A DNA stretch of 64,000 nucleotides from an uncultured cyanobacterium. Its GTDB lineage: Bacteria > Cyanobacteriota > Cyanobacteriia > Cyanobacteriales > Cyanobacteriaceae. Below, in pieces: positions 1 through 9,788 of the stretch. Positions within the stretch are counted from its first letter, which is position 1. Every line of letters starts with the position of its first letter. The position numbers were made by a program, and so were the translations under genes. The DNA lies in the NCBI GenBank assembly GCA_963710605.1, contig CAVQBA010000002.1, positions 128,001 through 192,000 on the forward strand, written 5' to 3'. Below the pieces are notes generated by a model, which saw only the letters and a list, made by a program, of their open reading frames with translations, was not told where the DNA came from and ran no database searches.

Positions 1-1915
1 TGCTCAAGTTTAGAATCGGTAACCACACCAATGGGTGAAAGTTCAGCTAAACCTTGACGAACACAATCGTTATTTAAATACCGAGATATATTTTCAGTGG
101 GTTCACCATCAACAATTAAAACTTTTTGGTCAATATTGGCAGCCATTTGAGCTAGATTAGCACAAACACCTCCTTGACCATCATCTGGATCTAAAGAAGA
201 AATTAAAACATATTGTTTTTCATCTGTATTCGGCAATTGAAAATGAAGATTAGCATAAACCTCAGAAATAGTGGCTTCATAAAGATGAGATTGAGAATTG
301 TCTGCTGGCTCAACATCCTGAGACGAAGAGAAAAAATTATTTTCATCAACCAACGATTTACTCTTCTTGTTTTTAGGTAATACACCTAAAATAGGTAAAC
401 CGAATATATATTTAACATCATTAGGTTCATAAAAAACGTCTCTTCTTTTTTCCCATAGAAATGCTATCAATAAACCTAAAACTAATCCTGCCGCAACACC
501 AATAGCTATTTTTCTTTTAGGATCGGTTGGAGCACCTTGAGGTTGCCCTAAAGCATTTAAAGGAATTTGTGGTTCTGCTAGTATTTTCCAAGGAGATTGT
601 TTTTGAGCTACATCAACACTTAATGCCTCTTTTTGAGAAGTTAATTGAGTTAAAACATTTGTATCTAATTCAATTTGTCTTTGTAAATCATTATATTCTT
701 TAATCACACTAGGAATAATAGCTAACTCGCCCGCTGTTTGACGTTGATTTGCCAGTAAAGATTCATAACGAGAAGACAAAGCATCAATTTGATTTTGAGT
801 TTCGACTAATTGGTTAATTAAACCTACACGACTAGAATCTTGATTCGTAAAAACACGAGGATTAATATCAGAAGCTACATTGTTTTCCTGTAAGATACGA
901 CGATTTTCTTGGTTTAACAGGTTTTGAATATTATCTTTTTGTTCTCTTAAGTTGACTAATGTAGGATGATTAGAGGTTACTAGTGCTGATTGTCTGCTAT
1001 TTCAGCTTCAGTTTGTTGTAATTGACCCATTAAAGCTTGTCGTTCAGGATCTTGGCTTAATGTTGTTGCGATTAAAGCCTCTGAAGCATTTAAACCTAAA
1101 TCTTGTTGTAATTTGGTCGCTATGATATTTAATTCTTTTAGCTGTGCCTGCAAAGACGAGATTTGTTGTTTACTATTAGTATTAGCTTGAAACAGACTAT
1201 CTCCTTTAGTACTTGGTTCGATCAACTCATATTGACGTTGAATTTCTTTTTGTTTTTCTTGAAGTTGATCTATTCTATATCTAATGACAGGTACTTGTTG
1301 ATCAATAAAGTTCACTCCTGATTCTAAATTAGTTTCTCTTTCTTCTTGACCATATCTTATATATTCTTCAGCTAAAGTATTTAAAACTGTGAGTACTAAT
1401 TCAGGATCATTTCCTCTATAAGCAACAACGATTACTTTTGTTACATCATTTCTGCTTCGACTTATTTGACCTCTGGCAATAGATAAATTTGCATTAAAAG
1501 AATTCATCAAGAAAGTTTTCGGATATTGAGGGTATTTTGTACTAATTTGTGTTGCTACATCATCTAAAACTTGTCGCCCTTTGAGTACTTGAATTGTCGT
1601 CGGATAGTCAACACCGAAAAGATCTTTATTCCTTGCACCCGTACCTATTCTTGACAATACTGACGGATCAGTTAATTGTTCTTCTGTACTAATTGGTTCT
1701 AGTAACATTTCAAAATTGCCTACATATGAAGTAGGATCAACTTTAGTCCAAAAATAGGCAGGAATAGCCCCAGCGATTATAAAAGCGAGAATAACAAACC
1801 ATTTGCGTTTGAGCATCATCAGATAATACAAGAGTACATTCTTTTTGCTCTGTTCTTCCTCGGAAGAATTATTTTGCTCTACGTCCTCTATCAAAAATTG
1901 CTTTTCGTATTCCAC
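1..1915 (-). CDS. GumC/Wzc-family polysaccharide chain-length determinant; one frameshift near 985; 3' end beyond window start
   Basis: ORF 980-1915 has an N-terminal TM and coiled coil. A shifted frame continues LVTSNHPTLVNL...second TM...VLISSLDPDDGQGGVCANLA...KVLIVDG to the window edge. Confidence 0.8.
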
Positions 1916-2248
1916 TGTTTTAACTATTTATAAGAATAAAAATTAGGATTGGGTACTTATCTTTTAATCGATTATCATTTGATGATAAGTATTTGATTAT
2001 ATTGATTATATAAAACTGTTTAATGATAACGCTTAAATCAAAAAATCGTAATTAGAAATTAGCTTAATATTTTACTTTCAAGCAAAACTATTTTTGACGA
2101 TCGCATTTTGAGTGTTTTAATTATCAATACAGTTATCGTCATCAATTTTACAGCTAATATAATTTATACATTGTAACGGGTATTTAATATTTGCTTTTAT
2201 GCTTCAAATGCAAGTCCCTAACTATATCATTATTAGCCATAATATATT

Positions 2249-2878
2249 TTAATTGGTTTTTTGTGCTTGAATTACTTGTAAGCTTCCTCCTGCGTAAAGT
2301 CGATCGTCTATTACCGTTAATTTTGCTCCACTAAGTTTGGCTGGTAGATTCGTTCTAATTAATTGCCAAGCAGTTTCGGTTTCAAATAACCACATAAAAA
2401 TAGCTAATCCGGGCATAAATAATAAGTTATGAGGTTGATGTAAATCGATAAAAGCGAAAATTCCTTCTGGTTTTAAAACTCGATATACTTCAGCAAATAT
2501 CTGATCTAATTCTGAAGGTGTCATTTCATGTAAAGCTACACTAGTATGAACTAAATCAAAACTACAATCGTCAAAAGGTAGTTTTTGGGCTAAACCCTCA
2601 ACATAATGGGCTTGAGGAACATTTTTTTTGGCTTCTTCTAAAGCATAAACTGAAGCATCTAATCCTGTTACTTGTTTTGAATAGTTAACTAAAAATTTGG
2701 TTGTTTGCCCTTTACCACAACACAAATCTAAAATTTTACTACTTTGATTGAGAGTTAGGTTTTCTAAAGCTAATTGTCTAAACTGTTTTTCTCCACCAAC
2801 GGGAATTGCGGCCAACCGAGAAATCGTATCATAAAGCCATTGATATTTATAACTTAAAGGACGTAAAAAAGTTGCCAT
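2249..2878 (-). CDS. Class I SAM-dependent methyltransferase (UbiE/COQ5-like)
   Basis: ILDLCCGKG motif I, VTGLDAS, LPFDDCSFDLV, RVLKPEG. Confidence 0.85.
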   Translation of the reverse strand: MATFLRPLSYKYQWLYDTISRLAAIPVGGEKQFRQLALENLTLNQSSKILDLCCGKGQTTKFLVNYSKQVTGLDASVYALEEAKKNVPQAHYVEGLAQKLPFDDCSFDLVHTSVALHEMTPSELDQIFAEVYRVLKPEGIFAFIDLHQPHNLLFMPGLAIFMWLFETETAWQLIRTNLPAKLSGAKLTVIDDRLYAGGSLQVIQAQKTN

Positions 2879-2976
2879 ATTTAAAAAGAATTATGGGTTA
2901 GGGATTAAGTGTCAGGTGTATAAATTCTATTGTTAACTGTTAAGCGTTAAAGGTATTTTAATTAACTAATGTGCAA

Positions 2977-3270
2977 TCATAATTTAGTGGCAGTCGATCG
3001 TAAAACTTCAGGAATAATAACATCATCGCCAAATTCTAACATCGTTTCTGTCGTACCTAAATAGCCAGAATTATAGAAAAAAAGTAACATCCTGTTTAAT
3101 GCTATCCAAACTTCTGAGCTAAATTCCCAATTACTATTAATGGGTGAATAATCGCTAATTGATTTTAATGCCCAAAAATAATTATTACGAACGATCGATT
3201 TTCCTTTTTTAAATTCAGGTACATCTTCTTTGTGTAAGTAAAGTATATTGTCTTCTATCCACGCTTTCAT
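2977..3270 (-). CDS. Hypothetical protein
   Basis: 97-aa ORF, ATG start, same strand as neighbours. Confidence 0.65.
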   Translation of the reverse strand: MKAWIEDNILYLHKEDVPEFKKGKSIVRNNYFWALKSISDYSPINSNWEFSSEVWIALNRMLLFFYNSGYLGTTETMLEFGDDVIIPEVLRSTATKL

Positions 3271-3279
3271 TAAGAGTTC

Positions 3280-3331
3280 AGAGTTAAAAGTTAAAAGTTA
3301 AAAGTTAAAAGTTAAAAGTTAGGAGTTAAAA
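3280..3331. repeat. Heptamer tandem repeat (AAGTTAA)n
   Basis: agttaaaagttaaaagtta... repeated; a similar run at 28432-28460. Confidence 0.8.
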
Positions 3332-3402
3332 ATTGACAAACAATGAAAATATTTGACTCTTAATCATTAATTATCAACTATCAACCATCAACTATCAACT
3401 AT

Positions 3403-3873
3403 TTAAAGGCGATTAACCAAATCTCTTGCTCGAGTGATTGTCTCAGGAAACACGCCAACCATTGAAGCAAAAATATGATCAGGCACTTTAGCCGCAGTTT
3501 GAGCATCAAACCAGTTTTCAAACTGATTGAGAATTACCTGTGCCCTTTGATTAGGAATAGGATTATCAGTAATTTGCTTAATCAGTCTAACCCACTGTCT
3601 TCTGATTAAATAACTTCTATGTCTTTGCTCATGATTAGTTGGTTTAAGTAAAGACAACTTTCCTACCGAAATCACATCTTGTAAATCTTGATCGAAACAG
3701 CCACCAATAATTGAACCAGGTCCTGCGAAATCTGTATAATAAGTTTTGACCAAAATCAGACCATTTTTTTTCTGAGGATTAATCAATAAAAGATTTTTGT
3801 TTTGTAAAAATTCGTTAAGATCGTATTCTTCTGGCAAATCAACATTATTCGTGGACATAATCTCATTATTCAA
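3403..3873 (-). CDS. Conserved hypothetical protein with possible C-terminal Crp-like HTH
   Basis: C-terminal FASMVGVFPETITRAR resembles a Crp/Fnr HTH. Confidence 0.6.
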   Translation of the reverse strand: MNNEIMSTNNVDLPEEYDLNEFLQNKNLLLINPQKKNGLILVKTYYTDFAGPGSIIGGCFDQDLQDVISVGKLSLLKPTNHEQRHRSYLIRRQWVRLIKQITDNPIPNQRAQVILNQFENWFDAQTAAKVPDHIFASMVGVFPETITRARDLVNRL

Positions 3874-4504
3874 AAGATTTGGTAAGAAGTAAGCGACGTT
3901 TACTCGTCACAAATAAGCTATATAAATCAGTTTCTACTTGTTTAATATCATACCCGTTTTTTTGATATAGTTCTTGAGCGGGTTTGTTACTGGCTAAAAC
4001 ATGAAGTGATATTTGTTTAAAATCTTTTTGTTTGGCTATTTGTTCGCACTGGACTAGTAATTTGTGAGCAACACCTTGACGGCGATAGTTTTTACATACT
4101 GCTAAATTAGCAATATAAGCATATTTTTGATGATTATACCAATGTGAACGACTCCGAAAAGATAATTCAACAGTACCAACTACATTTTGGCATATTTTAC
4201 CGGCTATTTTCGTCATCATAACTGCAACTAGACAACAACGATCGGCTTCATTCGACTCTGCACGAGCTTGCTCTTGAAAACTATTGTTTTGCAAACGACT
4301 TCGTAAATCTTGAGAAATTCCTAGTTTAAATAAAGGATAAGTCCATAAAGTCAAATCGTTGAAATTATTAAAACTAAGAGTCAAAATTTCGGCTATCTGA
4401 GATACATCATCTAAACGAGCAGGACGAACGATCGTCGTTGATGATAGGTTAGGAGAAGAATAAACGGATGAATGAGGAAAATTAAACCAAGATGATTGCA
4501 CCAT
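3866..4504 (-). CDS. GNAT family N-acetyltransferase
   Basis: YIANLAVCKNYRRQGVAHKLL and NKPAQELYQKNGY motifs; ATG at 4504 preferred over TTG at 4570. Confidence 0.85.
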   Translation of the reverse strand: MVQSSWFNFPHSSVYSSPNLSSTTIVRPARLDDVSQIAEILTLSFNNFNDLTLWTYPLFKLGISQDLRSRLQNNSFQEQARAESNEADRCCLVAVMMTKIAGKICQNVVGTVELSFRSRSHWYNHQKYAYIANLAVCKNYRRQGVAHKLLVQCEQIAKQKDFKQISLHVLASNKPAQELYQKNGYDIKQVETDLYSLFVTSKRRLLLTKSFE

Positions 4505-4664
4505 TGACGCTCGATAATTTTGATTAGTTAAGCAAAAGGTAAAAAGTAGCAGAATACAAGATAAGATCAAGTTTGATTTTCAGAAAAAATTAACTCTAAT
4601 ATAGATGATATTTTTAGTTAAAATTAAAATCTGTCTTAAATATAAATAATTTGCTCAATAAATA

Positions 4665-5216
4665 ATGACAACAAATAATTCAATTTATCGACAAGAAATA
4701 ACGGGTTCAAGACGTTTTAGTAATTTATGGTGGGCAGTAGTGGTTACCATAGGCGGAGTTGGTTTTTTATTAGCTGGTTTATCTAGTTATTTTCATACTA
4801 ACTTTTTATTGGTTAGTGATACATCAAATTTACAATTTGTACCTCAGGGAATCGCTTTAACTTTTTATGGAGTTGCCGCTATTTTGCTTGCTACTTATTT
4901 ATGGTTAATGATTTTTTTAGATGTTGGTGGCGGCTATAACGAATTTAACAAAGAAAAGGGTAAAGTGACAATCTTTCGTGCCGGTTTTTTGGGTAAAAAT
5001 CGTCGCATAGAATTAGTTTATAATCTTAAAGACGTACAAGCGGTTAGAGCAGAAATAAAAGACGGTTTAAACCCTAAAAGAACCTTATATTTAAGAGTTA
5101 AGCCTAAAATAGATATTCCCCTAAGCCCTGTAGGTGAACCAATGGCTTTGTCTAAATTAGAAAATCAAGGTGCTGAGTTGGCTCGTTTTCTAACAGTACC
5201 TTTAGAAGGACTGTAA
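4665..5216 (+). CDS. ycf4: Photosystem I assembly protein Ycf4
   Basis: ITGSRRFSNLWWA, FVPQGIALTFYG, GGGYNEFNK, LARFLTVPLEGL. Confidence 0.95.
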   Translation: MTTNNSIYRQEITGSRRFSNLWWAVVVTIGGVGFLLAGLSSYFHTNFLLVSDTSNLQFVPQGIALTFYGVAAILLATYLWLMIFLDVGGGYNEFNKEKGKVTIFRAGFLGKNRRIELVYNLKDVQAVRAEIKDGLNPKRTLYLRVKPKIDIPLSPVGEPMALSKLENQGAELARFLTVPLEGL

Positions 5217-5400
5217 ATAGTTAATAGTTAACAGTTAACAGTTAATAGTTGATTATTTTTAATGACTTGTTCAAACAACCAAACAAAATAGTAACATTTG
5301 TATCAAGAGCGAAAATATAACCATTGAACTTGATTTTTTAATAATATTCAAACCTTCTGACTATAATCAAAAAGGTCAGTTACTTATCACTCTATTAATT

Positions 5401-6177
5401 ATGACGAGTCTTTCCCGAAGTTGGAGTATGATTGTGGTTTTATGCTTAATCACTTTCATTACTTTATCGGCATGTGAATCTGTTGAAGATACTGCCAACA
5501 AGCAAACAGAAAATAATACTACTAATCCAGATTTAGTTGTCTCCGAAAACAACAATACTAATAATACAAATCAAATTATGAATTTACCTAAGTTAGAAGG
5601 CAAAGCAACAGTAATCATGAAAGTAAATGGTGAACCAATCACGATCGAAGTTGATGGTGACAATGCCCCAATTACAGCAGGTAACTTTGTTGATTTAGTC
5701 AAAAAAGGTGTTTATAATGGTTCAGCTTTCCATCGTGTGGTTAAAGAGCCTCAGCCTTTTGTTGCCCAAGGAGGAGATCCTCAGAGTACAAATAAAGATG
5801 TTCCTGTTTCGGCTTTAGGTACTGGTAGTTATACCGATCCTCAAACTGGTTCTCCTCGTTATGTTCCTTTAGAAATTCGTCCAGCTTACGATGAGACTGT
5901 AGAAGGTGTTGAACTACCTGAAATTGTTTACGGCAAGACTATCAATCAACCTCCGCAGTTAAAACACGATTATGGTGTAATTGCCATGGCTCGTTCTCAA
6001 ATGCCTGATTCTGCTTCTGCTCAGTTTTATTTCACTTTAGCTGATGTCAATTTCCTTGATGGTAGTTATGCGGTTTTTGGTAAAGTTACCGAAGGAATGG
6101 ATATTGTGGAAAAAATTAAACAAGGCGATCGTATTGATTCTGCCGAAATAGTTAGTGGTGGGGATAATCTTAAATAG
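5401..6177 (+). CDS. Cyclophilin-type peptidyl-prolyl isomerase, probable lipoprotein
   Basis: [48 protein letters not shown] lipobox. Confidence 0.9.
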   Translation: MTSLSRSWSMIVVLCLITFITLSACESVEDTANKQTENNTTNPDLVVSENNNTNNTNQIMNLPKLEGKATVIMKVNGEPITIEVDGDNAPITAGNFVDLVKKGVYNGSAFHRVVKEPQPFVAQGGDPQSTNKDVPVSALGTGSYTDPQTGSPRYVPLEIRPAYDETVEGVELPEIVYGKTINQPPQLKHDYGVIAMARSQMPDSASAQFYFTLADVNFLDGSYAVFGKVTEGMDIVEKIKQGDRIDSAEIVSGGDNLK

Positions 6178-6200
6178 AATAATTAGTTAGTAGTGACTAA

Positions 6201-6246
6201 TAGGGAATAGGGAATAGGGAATAGGGAATAGGGAATAGAGAATAGG
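6201..6246. repeat. Heptamer tandem repeat (TAGGGAA)n
   Basis: About 6 copies; inverted copies (CCTATTC)n at 28512-28543. Confidence 0.85.
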
Positions 6247-6385
6247 TAGCAAATTTCGTGTTTCTCAACTCTTAACTCTTAACTGTCGAGGCTTTTAACA
6301 CCTGACACTTAATACCTGATGACTATTAATCAAGTTGTAACTACTATACTAAGAGCCATTTTTTGAGTGTTTTTAAGTTAAAAAA

Positions 6386-6436
6386 AGTTTAATTTATTAA
6401 ACGAATTATATTAGCCCTGAATGATAATTCGGGGCG
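6386..6436 (-). repeat. Dispersed double-hairpin repeat, copy 1
   Basis: Reverse complement cgccccgaattatcattcagggctaatataattcgtttaataaattaaact matches copies near 17768, 44347 and 48026. Confidence 0.75.
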
Positions 6437-6553
6437 AGTGTAGAATTATAATTGAGAATTGAGAGATAAAAAAAAGAACTCTCAACCGAACACTTCTAAC
6501 TTTTAACTCTTAAGGTTATCGACTATATTTGTTCCTTTTAAATCAATTAACTA

Positions 6554-7739
6554 ATGGTTAAAGTTGTTGTTACAGGTATTTCTCTTCAGATCGTGTCTAG
6601 GAGATGCACAAGCTACTTTCTCAGCTATTAGTCAAAAAAAAACAGGTTTAAAAATAGTTCAGCCTTTTGATTTTTTAGCTCCATTACCTTTAGGTTTAAT
6701 TGATGGTTAACCAACACAATCAGCACATTTAACTCTCAAGTTGATACAAGCTTTATCCTTAGATAGTAAAATCAATTTTCCTAACTCGAAGATAGGAGTT
6801 GTGATTGGTTCGAGTCGTGGTTGTCAAAGTCAGTGGGAACAGTTTTTACAAACACCTAGCTTAAATAGTAATCAGCAGTCTGTTTTAAATTCGTTTTCTT
6901 CACCACAAAATCAAACGTATTCGTGGCTAGAAACATTACCTTATCAACCTGCGACTATTTGTGCTAATTTTTTGGGTGCATTAGGAATAGTTTCTTCTCC
7001 TGCTAATGCTTGTGCTACTGGTTTAGTGGCGATCGCTCAAGGTTATGAATTGATTCAACAACAAAGATGTAGCCAAGTGGTTGTGGGAGCAGTTGAAACA
7101 CCTGTTACTCCTTTAACAATTGCTGGGTTTACAAAGATGAAAGCATTAGCTAAACAAAAATGTGATCCTTTTGGGAAACTAAGAGATGGTTTTGTTTTAG
7201 CAGAAGGAGGTGCAATGTTACTGCTAGAAAGTGAGGATTCGGCAATTGCTCGTCAAGCCAAAATTTATGGTGAAATATTAGGTTGGGGTATGACTTGCGA
7301 TGCACAGGCAATGACAGCCCCATCAAATCAAATCAATTCTGCGGTTAAAGCGATTGAACAATGTTTAAAAGTTGCACATCTTCAGCCTAATCAAATTGAT
7401 TATATTCATGCTCATGGTACAGGTACAATCCTTAACGATCAACAAGAAGCGAAAATTATTAGTCATTTATTTAGTCATTCTCCTTATATCAGCTCGAGTA
7501 AAAGTAATACAGGTCATACTTTAGGTGCTTCAGGAGCGATCGCTTCGGCATTAAGTTTACTTTCTCTTCAACAACAAATTGTACTCCCACATCTTAATTA
7601 CTCCCCTACTAATTTTAATTTGAATCTTGCTTCACAAGCTTCTTGTGTTGATTCAATTGAAAATCTTCTTTGTTTTAGTTTTGGCTTTGGCGGACAAAAT
7701 GTCATTATTGCGATCACGCAGTGGCAGGCGCGCGCCTGA
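6554..7739 (+). pseudogene. Beta-ketoacyl-ACP synthase (FabF-like), disrupted
   Basis: MVKVVVTGISL start at 6554; frameshift near 6588; in-frame TAA 6708-6710; ANACATG, HAHGTGT, GHTLG, SFGFGG retained; 26-nt insertion at the 3' end. Confidence 0.8.
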
Positions 7740-7741
7740 TC
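7716..7741 (+). mobile_element. 26-nt SDR5-like insertion in a CGATCG site
   Basis: GATC-ACGCAGTGG-CAGGCGCGCGCCTG-ATC; removal restores the ending IAIGKYNNRS*. Confidence 0.75.
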
Positions 7742-8122
7742 GGAAAATACAATAACCGTAGTTAAAAATTGTTAATTACGATTAAAAGCAATAAGGGAAA
7801 GCTAATTAAGACAGGGAATTTTCTACTCATATACAAGAATCTATCCCACTATTATCAAAAAATAGATTGAAATAGAAAACGATCGACTCGCCATTATCTA
7901 TTACTATTTGTGAAAAGTAACCATTGCCAAAATCCCAATCGTTACGCTAGCTTCATTGGAAAGATTACCATCTTTATCTTCGCTATGTGTAGGTAAATCG
8001 ATCGATTCCCACAAATTCGCTGTTAGGTTGATAGTCAACTATGCCTTGTGAATTAACTGTGATAACGCCGTTATTTGGTTGGCTAGTTATTTGTCAGCTA
8101 TTAGGTATTAATGTACCATCAC

Positions 8123-8148
8123 GATCGGCTGAAGCCGGCGCTGCTCGC
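8123..8148 (-). mobile_element. 26-nt SDR5-like insertion in a CGATCG site
   Basis: Minus strand GATC-GCGAGCAGCGC-CGGCTTCAGCCG-ATC; removal restores NDSDRDGTLIP. Confidence 0.75.
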
Positions 8149-8197
8149 GATCGCTATCGTTAGCTAAGACATCGATGGCGATATTTTCTCCTTGCTC

Positions 8198-8221
8198 GAT
8201 CGGCTGAAGCCGGCACTGCGC
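8198..8221 (-). mobile_element. 24-nt in-frame SDR5-like insertion in a CGATCG site
   Basis: Minus strand GATC-GCGCAGTGC-CGGCTTCAGCCG-ATC; adds AQCRLQPI to the frame. Confidence 0.75.
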
Positions 8222-8876
8222 GATCGAGATTAAATCATTAAGGGCTAATGGAGCGGTAACGGACTGATTGTCAATTTTGACGTAATCGAGGTTGGTGTTG
8301 TTACTAATGGCAAAGTCACCGTTAAGAATTTCTGCCATTAATCCACTAGAGGTTAGAGAGGCAGTGAGGGAGATTCCCCCCTCTCCTTCGGAAGGAGAGG
8401 GGCTGGGGGTGAGGTTGAAAGCGTTGGGTTCAACCCCTCTGCCTATTATCGGCATCTCCCCTTCTAAGGGGAGAACAGTAGAGCTATTATAAGGAATTAA
8501 GGTGTGGTAAGTATCTGTTTTTGTATTTTGAATAGCATTAAGTATTAATACGTTGATATCGGAAGGAAGTTTACGGATACCAGGGGCTATATGGTTCTTT
8601 AGTAAGTCGTGGGGATGAGCTTGTTTGTCTAATTTTTTGTTGGCAAAGGGAGTTTCATCGATAAACCAACCTAAACCGTTGGCGTTATGATCGATTTTAA
8701 TAATACCTGCGTTAGGTTTACCCTCGGAGTCAGAAACTTGTAATGGTGGCTTCTGCTAGTTGTCCTGTGGGTAAGTCTTTTATTTCATAAGTGATATCGA
8801 TATCTGTTTGAGGTAAGAGAGTTGACCAGATGTGGTTTACGCTGTTATTTAGTTGATGAATCGTTTGGAGATTAGA

Positions 8877-9656
8877 ATGATGGACAGAGAAGAATTTTTT
8901 AGAAGGTATGATGCTGGGGAAAGGAATTTTATGGGTTACAGTGGAAGTATTGGCTCGTGCCTCGGAAATCTGAATGGTATCAATCTCCAAAATGCCATTT
9001 TGTTGAATAATTCCTTGGACCAATCTTTTTTGATTAATGCCAACTTGAGTCATGTTAATTTTGAAGGCTCCGACTTGGTTGGATGTTTCTTCAACAATTC
9101 TAATTTCAGGAATGCTAATTTGAGGAATTGTGACTTGACTGGTGCTGACTTGACTGGTGCTGACTTGACTGGTGCTGACTTGACTGGTGCTGACTTGACT
9201 GGTGCCTTCTTGCTCGATACCAATCTTACAGGAGCTAACATTACCAATGTTAAGACAAGTGGAACTATCTTTCACGAAACTATCATGCCTGATGGAAGAA
9301 TCAGTCATAAGAGTTCTCATGTTTTGGACGGAAAGGAATTGCTTAAACGTTGTCGGAAAGGTGAAACCTATTTTTCTTCCTTTATTTTGTACAAAGCCAA
9401 TTTGAATCAGACTAGTTTGAGTTCTATTACTCTCCCTTGGAGATGTATTAGAGTCAATTTTAGAAGAGTGAGCTTTGTTAATATTGACATCATTGCTAAT
9501 AATTTTGTTTTGTGTGATTTCAGGAAAGCTAATTTTAGTAGAGCGAATCTTTGGAATGGTAATTTCGCTTGTTGTGATTTCAGAGAAATTATTGGAAGTG
9601 AACAAATCAGAGGGAGTGACAGCGATGCCTTTATTTTCATTGATTGTACTAAGTAA
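8877..9656 (+). CDS. Pentapeptide-repeat protein (two modules), antisense to the large-protein remnant
   Basis: GGAG RBS 6 nt before ATG 8877; MDREEFFRRYDAGERNF N-cap, A(D/N)Lxx repeats, IFHETIMPDG cap, second module LDGKELLKRCRKGETYF. Confidence 0.85.
   Translation: MMDREEFFRRYDAGERNFMGYSGSIGSCLGNLNGINLQNAILLNNSLDQSFLINANLSHVNFEGSDLVGCFFNNSNFRNANLRNCDLTGADLTGADLTGADLTGADLTGAFLLDTNLTGANITNVKTSGTIFHETIMPDGRISHKSSHVLDGKELLKRCRKGETYFSSFILYKANLNQTSLSSITLPWRCIRVNFRRVSFVNIDIIANNFVLCDFRKANFSRANLWNGNFACCDFREIIGSEQIRGSDSDAFIFIDCTK
9131..9205. repeat. Five perfect copies of 15-bp TGACTTGACTGGTGC
   Basis: Read directly; encodes DLTGA on + and QVSTS on -. Confidence 0.95.
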
Positions 9657-9717
9657 GCGTGCTGAGGGGTCATTAAATCTTGAAGGGTTACTATTTTTGA
9701 GTGCGATCGTATCTCTT

Positions 9718-9780
9718 GTAGGGTGCGTTCTATTAAACCGTTACATATTTAAGACCATCCCATATAACAGAGAACGCACC
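9718..9780 (+). repeat. GTAG-type REP hairpin beside the RAYT
   Basis: GTAG + GGTGCGTTCT (9722-9731) ... AGAACGCACC (9771-9780); half copy GTAGGGTGCGTTCT at 10435-10448. Confidence 0.8.
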
Positions 9781-9788
9781 ACCGTTGT

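Larger units (their letters stand above)
7880..9740 (-). pseudogene. Remnant of a large extracellular Ig-like (Big_9/tandem-95, PKD-like) protein gene
   Basis: Frame open 9740-8733 ending DLPTGQLAEATITSF; after a frameshift DSEGKPNAGIIKIDHNANGLGWFIDETP...PGIRKLPS...IAIDVLANDSDRDGTL...VDYQPNSEFVGIDRFTYT...DKDGNLSNEASVTI, then WDFGNG; several stops, shifts and insertions. Confidence 0.75.

Noticed and set aside
203-385. 60-aa minus ORF
   Set aside because: Alternative frame inside the wzc-like gene continuation.
9131-9205. Possible CRISPR array
   Set aside because: Contiguous 15-bp units with no spacers; no cas operon in the window.
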